This document shows, one piece after another, positions 55,324-64,000 of a DNA stretch of 64,000 bases. The stretch lies in the NCBI RefSeq assembly GCF_009914755.1, contig NC_060934.1. One strand, given 5' to 3'. This stretch comes from the human T2T-CHM13v2.0 reference genome, Homo sapiens. The translations under genes and the position numbers were made by a program. The notes under the pieces are model-generated. The model made no database searches, was not told the DNA's origin, and worked only from the letters and a program-made list of their open reading frames with translations. Numbering within the stretch: the stretch's first letter is position 1; each line of letters begins with the position of its first letter.

Positions 55324-57229
55324 TCTGGGCAATTTTTTTCTTTTTCTCATCACCTTCTACTTGACATCAAGCCTGACTTCAAGCTGCTAAAGGACAGGAA
55401 CTGTGTCTCATTTTTGTGTCCTCCACTGCCCCAGCACAGTCATTTTTGTTAATAGTGAGTTAGTGATGCTTTTTAGGATACACAGCCCCAAGTCTTCAGC
55501 TCCCGACAATAGTGGTGCCGTGTCAGGAAGCTATAGCCAATCGGAGTCCATAACATTACCTGCCCCCACCCCAAGGTGTGAAGGAGAAGTGATGTGGTTT
55601 ACAGTGTGGACAATGTAAACCAGTGTCTGCATGACCCCACATGTCCAGATGAAAGACCCAGGGGGCCAAAGATCCAGAAAACAGACTGAACTTTCCCTTT
55701 TCCATTCAGATGTTTTCCTGTTGGGTGGCCCAAAGCCTGAAACGGCTGAATTCCTGGGCGCTCTATAAACCTCTCCCATTCCAACCTTCCCAAATGTTTT
55801 CTTCCAAAACTCTGTCCAAACAAAGAAACAAAAAAAAAAAAATCCCTCAAGAAACTCAAGTGCTAACACTGAACACATGAGCCCAAGAACCAGCGGTCCA
55901 AGGGGAAGCAAATACCCTGTTTTTGCCAGACAAACGTTGTCAAATATATGAGCATGCAAATATATTTATCTCAAATGAGTTACAAGGAGAGTCGCACAGG
56001 GTCCAAAGCCACTTGCAAAAGATGGCAATCGGTTTTGAAGAATTTCACACATATTAAGCCAAGGATCCTCCCTTTCTGCACGATCTAGGAGATTTGGAAG
56101 TGTTCTGCGAGCAATGTGGTTTTCAAATGAGGTCCAGTACAAGCTTTTGATCTATATAGGATAGTATGAATTCATACGCAGTACTGATGAATTGACAGGC
56201 CACATTTAAACATTCCCCTCACGTACACAATCTGGATTTATGATTTTGTTTTTGTGCACACATATCCTTTGAGTTTCTACATATATGACACATGGAGAGG
56301 CAAGGAAGGAACTCCTGGTAATCTTTCAAAGGCTGACACCCAAGTGTGATCTTGACAGCTTTGGGGTCATTGTCATATTTTTGACAAGCAATCGCACTGT
56401 TACAGAGGGAGCTAGTAAAAATGTTTCCCTGAACTCATCGTGGATTGCAACAGGAGGAAACACTCCATCACTGGAAAGTGACACTAATGCATTCTATTAG
56501 ATTTGCTTATCATGTTAAAGAGCATATTAAAAGGAAATGTTTGGAAAAGAGATGCCATAACTTGGTATGATGGGTTGAAAATTCCTAATTTGGAAAAAAT
56601 GTGCTAAGACAACATGATTGATGTGAGTGACCTACTTTATTTTATAAGAAAGTATGAGTTGCCTCGGGCCCATTGGTACACATATTTGGAAAAAGTTGTT
56701 TTTTTTCCACATTAAGTTTTTATTAACATTTCAAAAGAGCAAAAACACCATAGAAGGATATAAGTTGTAACTTGTCAATGCAGATGTGTTTGTAGCCATT
56801 TGCTGCTGAGAAAAACATATCACCCTTGCTGGAAGGGTTTCTGAATTAGGTGAGTTTCTTGCCAAGCGAACACCTGATGGGGAGAAATATGACAGTCTTT
56901 TCCCTGATAAAAAATGACAGGGAAGAGGTGTTTTTATTTAAAGCACAAATGACTCTTCTGCTACTTGTAGGCAGTGATCTCTTAGAGTGATTAACATTTC
57001 ATGGAGCCTCCCAGCCACCTTTCTGTGTAGGTGGCAAAGGATTGGGGCTGAGTTAACCATTTTAGCTCTGCTTGAGAAGATGGAGTTCAATGCCCTCATC
57101 CTGTTCCTCAAATGAAGTCCCTTGGTTTGGAAGTCAGGAGCTCTTAGGTTTATCTCAGGCAACAGAAGGGACAGCTGAGGGTCCAGCAGAGGGTTGGTCC
57201 TCTCAAAATACTCTGTTACCATTCAATCA

Positions 57230-59660
57230 GTATTGCCACTGAGTTTAAGACCTCAGGAAATGCCTATGGTACAATGTTTACTGAAGAAAGTAAGATTAAA
57301 AAAATATATAGACCTGGCACAGTGGCTCACTCCTGTAATTTTCTACATTAAAAAAAAACAAACAAAAATAAGAAATTAGCCAGGTATGATGGCACATACC
57401 TTTAGTACCAACTACTTGAGAGCTGAGCAGGAAGATGGTTTGAGCCCAGGAGTGAGTTCAAGGCTGTGGTGAGCTATGATCATGCCACTGTACTCCAGGC
57501 TGAGTGATAGAACCAGACCTTATCTTAAACAAAACAAATATCTTAATAATGTAAGTGGGAGAATAAATTGGCACAAACTTTCTGAAATGCAATTTGTGAA
57601 TTTGTCACAAAAGCTTTAGATTGTTGCATACCTTTGGACCTAAAAATTCCACTTCTAGAAATTTCTTCTAAAAAACAACTATGAATACTTATAAAGATAT
57701 AGCTAATAAGATGTTTACTATATAATTATTTATAATATTAAGAGATAGACTCAACCTAAATGTCTGAAGTTAGAGGATTGCTTAAATAAAGTCATACAAT
57801 TAAAACAGCCATTAAAACGATAATGTGTAATGTATAAGAGTTATGTGGAAGAAGGTTTGTAATATTTTACAGGAAAAGTGGGTTATAAAACATGCATATT
57901 ATGATGCTATTTGAAAACTATACATATGTCTACTTAATTTTTAGATATCTACATATGTCTACTGCAGTAGACATATGTATAGTTATGTATATATTCTTAT
58001 ACTGTCTTTAACTATATGCATATATATGTGAAGGACATTTATCAAAATGTTAAGTGTAACTATTTCTGAAGAGTAAGTCTTCCAGGTAGTTTTTGTTTCT
58101 TTCCTTTTGTATGTTTTCATTTTCTATGCTAGCCATGCTTTACTTTGATAATAAGTAAAGCAGTTATTAAATGGGAAAAATCCAAGAGATTTAACAGGTT
58201 ACTTAACAGAAATAAGAGAATTCACAAGGATTACCCGGCACAAACTAGTTTTCTCATATAATAGTAAACAGGTTAAAATATAAAATGAGAAATTATTCCA
58301 TTCACTATAGCAAAACAAAACAAAACAAAGCATAAATCATCCACAAAACTGAAAATGCAATGACTAATTCATGCAAGAAACATCCAAGACCTATTTAGAA
58401 GCAAATAATGAAGTACATCAAAGAAAATCTAAATAAATTATTGTGTTTCTGGTTGGAATGACCAAATATTGTGAAGATTTCAACTCTTTCCCAAATTAAT
58501 TCATACATTTGATACAATTCCAATAATGGTTCTGATTAAAATAACTGGCAAGTTGATTCTAAATATTATCTAGGAGAACAGATGCATGAGAATAGTTTTC
58601 CTAGGTGAAGAAAGATGAGAGCAGCTTTGCCCTACTGGATTTTAAAAGATATTACAAAGTCAGGGTCATTAAGCAGTATGCTAATTTTGTAGGAATATCA
58701 AATATGTTAATGAACAAAATAGAATGCAGAATAGAATAAATAGAATAAAATATAAGAATCTAGTATGCGATAAAGGCTGTATTTCCTGTTAATGGAGAAG
58801 GGCTATATTGTTCTGCAGATGATGTTGGAATAATTAGTTATCCATTAAGAAAAAAAAGTGGGTCTTCACTTCAAGTTACATTCACAGAAAAAAAGTCCAG
58901 ATGTATTAAAGACGTACACATTTTAAAAAATTATAAAAGTTATTTAAAGGACTAAAAACAATAATCCCATAATCTTGAGAATGAGAAAGACTTTCTTGAA
59001 GAGAGATAAGCCTCAGACTCCATAAAGGATAAAACCAACAATTTTGCCGGCATAAATATTTAAATCTTTGGTATGAGAAACATACTATGAGCAAAGGACA
59101 AACTAGGAAAAAAATGCAACTTGTATGATAAACAATAGATTAAGAGCTTTACTATATAAAGTGCTGTTTTCAGATAAGAGAAAGATTATCATTCCAATAG
59201 AAAAATTGGGAAGATAGAAGCAAAGCTTTTTATAGAAAAAGAAATATGAACATACAAAAAATGCTCAACCTCACTAATAATCAAACAATTTAAAATTAGA
59301 ACAATAAAATATTATTTTCACTCACCACTGTCAAAAGTTTTAAAAGGGAATGATCATATTTAACGTATTATGAGTGTAGAGAAATACTTTGATGCAGTAA
59401 TTTCATCTCAGGGAATTTACTCTGTGTAAAGATTCAGAAAAGGGTTCCAAAAGTCTGGAATCCTATGCAGTTGGTTAAACAAATGAGGCAGACCTGTGTA
59501 CTGATGGAGGAAAGTCTGAGGTATATCAACACATGAAGAGAACTGGCAGGAAAACAATATAGCCTTGTGATCCCAACTTCTGCTTAATAAACATACATAG
59601 CTATTTGTATATATAAAATAATTTTTATAGCAGATGTTCCATGGCAGTAGGATTAGGGGG
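57230..59660 (+). mobile_element. Old L1 (L1ME-like) fragments including a deleted AluJ (~57311-57540)
   Basis: TGCATACCTTTGGACCTAAAAATTCCACTTCTAGAAATT; CTTTCCCAAATTAATTCATACATTTGATACAATTCCAAT; AATGCTCAACCTCACTAATAATCA. Confidence 0.75.
57950..57979. repeat. Perfect 30-bp palindrome without spacer
   Basis: TACATATGTCTACTG|CAGTAGACATATGTA. Confidence 0.95.
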
Positions 59661-60051
59661 TGATATGGTTTAGGTGTGTCCCCACCCAAATCTCATCTTG
59701 AATTGTAGTTCCCATAATCCCCACGTGTTGTAGAAGGGACCTGGTGGCAGGTACCTAGTGGGAGGTAATTGAATCATGGGGATGGTTTCCTCCATGCTGC
59801 TGTTCTTGTGATAGTGAGTGAATTTTCATCAGATCTGATGGTTTTATAAAGGGCTTTTCCTCCTTTGCTCAGCACTTCTCTCTCCTGCTTCCATGTGAAG
59901 AAGACGTGTTTGCTTCTCCTTCCATCATGATTGTAAATTTCTTGAGGCCTCCCCAACCGTGTGGAACTGTGAGTCAATCAAACCTCTTTCCTTTATAAAT
60001 TATGCAGTCTTGGGTAGTTCTTTATAGCAGCATGAGAATGGACTAATGGCA
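59661..60051 (+). mobile_element. THE1D-like solo LTR
   Basis: TGATATGGTTT...CCCCACCCAAATCTCATCTTGAATTGTAG ... GAGAATGGACTAAT. Confidence 0.9.
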
Positions 60052-60113
60052 AGGGGGTGAGCGGGGAGCACCTTCATTTGGACTTTCTCCTCTTCTGTCG
60101 TATTTTAAAATTT

Positions 60114-60165
60114 TTAGGATCATATATCACTTTTGTAATAAAAAGCAACACACATCTGACAAATC
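60114..60165 (+). repeat. Probable donor of 52-bp duplication
   Basis: 50/52 identical to 61240-61291. Confidence 0.92.
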
Positions 60166-61199
60166 TGCCTAGAGAGGTGAGGTGACTTGCCTAAGGTTAA
60201 TAGCACATGAAGACCAGAAGCCACTGGGTCTCCTGACACCCAGGCTCTTAGTGCCCCCAAAGAGTCCCTTCTTCTTATTGAGGAACCCATGGGACCATGG
60301 CATAGCCTCTCTCTCAAAGGAGCCCACAAATGTCCTAAAAATGCTATTTGCAGCCTCCTATCAGGCTGCAGATCACCCCATCCCCTGGGCACTCTTGGAT
60401 GGGAGAAGTCACATATGCAGCATTGGGTTGATGAGTTTCAGGGTGGGACCAGTGCCCTCAGAAGTGCCCATGCCAATGCCAGCTTGCCCACTTGCCTTGT
60501 AAGGAACTCTGGATGGCCCCCTGTAGCCCACAAGTGGTGAGCAGGCCAGGGATTCCTTCCCCAACCCCCATGACTGCTTTTGCACCCACCATACTGGAAA
60601 CCTCACACAACAGACCTGGCAAAGCGGGATGGGTCAGTTAGGAAGCAGGAAGATGCATCACTTCAAAGTACAACAACATTAGCTTATATCTTAAAGTGCT
60701 TTATAATTTACCTTTCTACCCATCACCTTGTTTGATCTTCAGAATCATCATCTGAGAGAAGAACAAGTGTAATTGTTATCATTCCCATTTCATGGAAAAA
60801 GAAACTGAGGCTCAAGAGGCTGAGCCACTGACCTGGTCACATAGCAAGGAAGTGTGGAGAGAGAAGGAGAGGTTGGGTCAGCTTGGCACAAATTCTCCAC
60901 TTTTGCCACATTCCCTCTTTTCCTCTCTCCTGAGTAAACTCCTACCCACCCTCAGCCCATGGAAGCATGTTCCCCTTAATCCAGCTTGGTCTTGGCCAGG
61001 GCACTATGGCACTTCTTGCCATAGTACAGTTTGACTTCTGACCCCAGCCCCTGACTCAGTGTCTACTGCACCTGGGCCTCCCCAGCAGCCTTCTGCTCCT
61101 TGGGGGATAATACTGGTTGGGGAAATTCTCTGGAGCCCCCAGAGAAGGGCACAGATCTGAGGGTTCTCTAACTGAGGATACTGTCCTGTCCAGGAGAGC

Positions 61200-61291
61200 T
61201 TCTAACCACTCACATCCTGGTCTGTAAGGATGTGAGTGGTTAGAATCATATATCACTTTTATAATAAAAAGCAACACACATCTGACAAATC
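61200..61291. repeat. 19-bp perfect inverted repeat fused to a 52-bp copy of 60114-60165
   Basis: TTCTAACCACTCACATCCT-GGTCTGTA-AGGATGTGAGTGGTTAGAA then TCATATATCACTTTTATAATAAAAAGCAACACACATCTGACAAATC. Confidence 0.92.
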
Positions 61292-62559
61292 ATTCCATTG
61301 ATTCACACTTGTGCTCCCACAATCTAGCAAAGCACCTGGCATACAGCAGGTGATCAATAAAAGTTTACTGAATGAGTGGAGTGGCCAGAGGACCCTGAGT
61401 CCCATCACCAGTCCACCTAGAACTCCTGTGACTTCAGGCCATCCCTGTCCCCACGCTGAGACTCTTTATTCCCTCCTGTAAATAGGTGTGAGTTAGTCTC
61501 TAAGAACCAGAAGCCACCCAGCAGAGGTAGAGGCTCTACCAGCATTACATTTAGAATAAAGGGACTGGAGGAACAGAGGCCAGTTTTACCCAAGAGATCC
61601 AGAGGCAGAGAGTGGAGAGGGATCCCCACACATCTATTCTGAGTCCAGTTCTGGGAAACTGTCTGAGTGTCTAGCAGATCCACCAGCTTCAACATCTTCA
61701 AGAATTGGATGCCACCACGAGCAGCTCCTTAAGGCCAGGGGATGTGCCTCCTTGCTTCTCTGTCCCCAGCACACAAGCAGGTGCATGTAAATGAATGCAT
61801 GGATGGAGGGCTCCTGTAACAACTTGTCATAATAGAAATCAAAAGTTTGGGACAGGAAATGACATTATAGGCCATGTGGTTCAACTCCTTCCACTGGAGA
61901 CCAAGAAACAGCAAAGACTTGCCCAAGGTCACAGAGAGAGACAATGGAAGAGATTTGGGTGGGATACATTAGCTGGTTTTCAGGGATCAGCCAAAGCTAA
62001 GGCCAGCTTGCTTGAGTTGGTTCAGAAACCAGGGGAATCCTGTTGGGAGCCACTCCTCACACACTAGAACCCCCACATTGGCTCTACCCAAAGCTCAATT
62101 ACTGCTGGGAGAGGCCTTATGCTCTCATAATGAAGTCATATCTATGGCAAAGATCCTTGAGGCTAACAACTGTGAAATAATTACATGTGCCTCAGAACTG
62201 GGAGATCAAGGATTTCCATCCAAAATCCCATGATGCTCTTAAAAAAGGTTTCACTATAAACTGCAGGAGGGGTGGGGAGAGGCGAGATTTCCAAGCCAGG
62301 TTGCCATATTTTAATTCCACCTTTTATGTGTTGGCATCATCCCATCTATGTGTATATCTCACTCCATAGACATATTAAAACAACATCAAAGGAGATTAAA
62401 AGAGTAACAATTGTCATCCATAATCATATTGCTATAACTAAATTATACCCACATGCATGTATCTGTCTCCCTGTTCAATTATGCAAGCAATATGTGAATG
62501 TATTCTCATCATCAGAAATCAAGAAGTATACATTGTAGTCAGAATAAGTACCATGACCA

Positions 62560-62965
62560 CACCAATTCCTGCAAGTTCCCCTCTCTTCTCCTGAAGCAAT
62601 GCAGTTGTCAGGTTGGTGTGTATTTTTCCAGAACTTTTCTCTGAATTTATATCAAGTATACACATATAACTATATATTAGTATGTGAATACACACATGCA
62701 CACACACAAACAAGCACAAACAAGTAGTATTTATTTTAAGCATTAATGGGATCATATCATGTATTGTCCTGGAGTTTGTTTTTTCTCCCCTTAATAGATC
62801 TTGGAGGTCTTTCCATGACACTACAGAAAAAGAGCTACTTCCATCTTTGCAATAGCTATATTACACAGTTTTCCATAATATGGAAACATACTTAAAAAAA
62901 AAGTCCCCATTAAAGAACATTTAGTCTCTTGGGTTTCCAATTTTTCAATATTTCAAATAGTGAAT
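62560..62965 (-). mobile_element. Old L1 (L1ME-like) 3' fragment
   Basis: AATGGGATCATAT...TTGTTTTTTCTCCCCTTAATAGATCTTGGAGGTCTTTCCATG. Confidence 0.65.
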
Positions 62966-63074
62966 ATGCATATATATATATAGAGAGAGTATATATATAT
63001 ATATATATAGTCTATATATATACTATATATAACTGTATCTATATAACTATATATATAACTACATCTATATAACC

Positions 63075-63131
<57 letters not shown>

Positions 63132-63158
63132 TTCAGCCTTAAGCACTCTCTCTCTCTC
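62964..63158. repeat. Compound (TA)/(TG)/(GA)/(TC) microsatellite
   Basis: directly visible dinucleotide tracts. Confidence 0.95.
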
Positions 63159-63169
63159 ACATGGCTGAT

Positions 63170-63710
63170 CAATCTTTTTATTCATGTCTGCAGACTGTCC
63201 TGCTTGGGGAAATGTCAGCTCCACCAGGGTAAAGATTTTATCTGCTTTTCTCCCTGCTATATCCTGAGTGCCTGGAACAGTGCCTGGCTTAGCACACAAG
63301 AAATATTTGTTGAATGAAGACCAGCAAGGGGAGAACATAGCCGCAAACTATTTTAACAAATAATGCTTGTCTAATGCCTGCATTTTCCAAAGGCACTTTG
63401 ACTCCCTAATCACATTCTACCTGCAGAACAACCGTGGGGGCTCAGTAGATCCTGCGTGGTTAATACCCCATGCTGAATTGTGTTCTCAAGTCAGGGCTTA
63501 GGAAACAGACAGAGAAAGGTTCAAATCCTAGCTCTGTCACTTTCTCCGTGTGTCTCTGGAGAATTTACTTAACCTCTGTAAGCTGCAATTTTTTAATCTA
63601 TAAAAAAATGGATATACATACCTTCCCTTGAAGGATTTTATGACAATTAAATGTGTTCTTATATGTGAAGTACCTGAAATACTGTAAGCACTTAATAAAT
63701 GCTTGTTCTC
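63170..63710 (+). mobile_element. L2 3' end and MIR
   Basis: GTGCCTGGAACAGTGCCTGGC...ATTTGTTGAATGAA; GGTTCAAATCCTAGCTCTGTCAC...TTACTTAACCTCTGT. Confidence 0.75.
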
Positions 63711-64000
63711 TTTTGTCCCTTGCTCAGTATATTCTTTCTACCTGCTCAGGTCAATCACCCATGGCCCTCCTTGTAATGTCTTACTGTCTACCAATTACTG
63801 AAATACCTTACAGTTTTTCCTAAAAAATATCCTGGTATATCAGTTTTCCTCCACCCCACAGGAGTTTCTTGGGAAAGAAACAAAAGAAATATTTTCTTGT
63901 CTGTGTTGTTTAAACATAACATCAGTGGCTTTTTCCTGAGCATTGTATGTTTGGGCACTTATCACGTTCAATAATATTTAGCTGTCTAGTTCCCTAACTG

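Overview
Non-coding primate genomic DNA, most likely human (AluJ/S/Y plus THE1 LTRs); I cannot name the locus. Roughly half is interspersed repeat: about 20 Alus, many MIR/L2 relics, old L1M fragments, MaLR and ERVL solo LTRs, and hAT MITEs. The rest is unique sequence with enhancer-like patches. I find no supportable protein-coding exon, RNA gene or CRISPR array; the ORF track is mostly Alu-, LTR- or microsatellite-derived or chance. The main unexplained structure is repeated short-range self-copying: a ~170-bp inverted copy (9862-10031 / 11680-11853) bracketing a head-to-head Alu pair; an 84-bp copy of 14307-14390 placed between two palindromic ~45-bp direct repeats at 20470-20642; a ~155-bp direct copy (27654 / 28961); a 19-bp fold-back joined to a 52-bp copy from 1.1 kb upstream (61200-61291); and long palindromes at 28305, 47419 and 57950. 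These resemble templated-insertion or template-switch scars, a known mutational class; whether their density here is unusual needs testing. Also notable are a 42-bp x10 VNTR with an invariant core and terminal CTCF motif, an ETS-motif tandem array, and a CpG-rich CTCF/GATA/NKX/FOX module at 33.1-33.5 kb. Repeat subfamilies are called from remembered consensus, boundaries of old repeats are approximate, and identities are hand counts.
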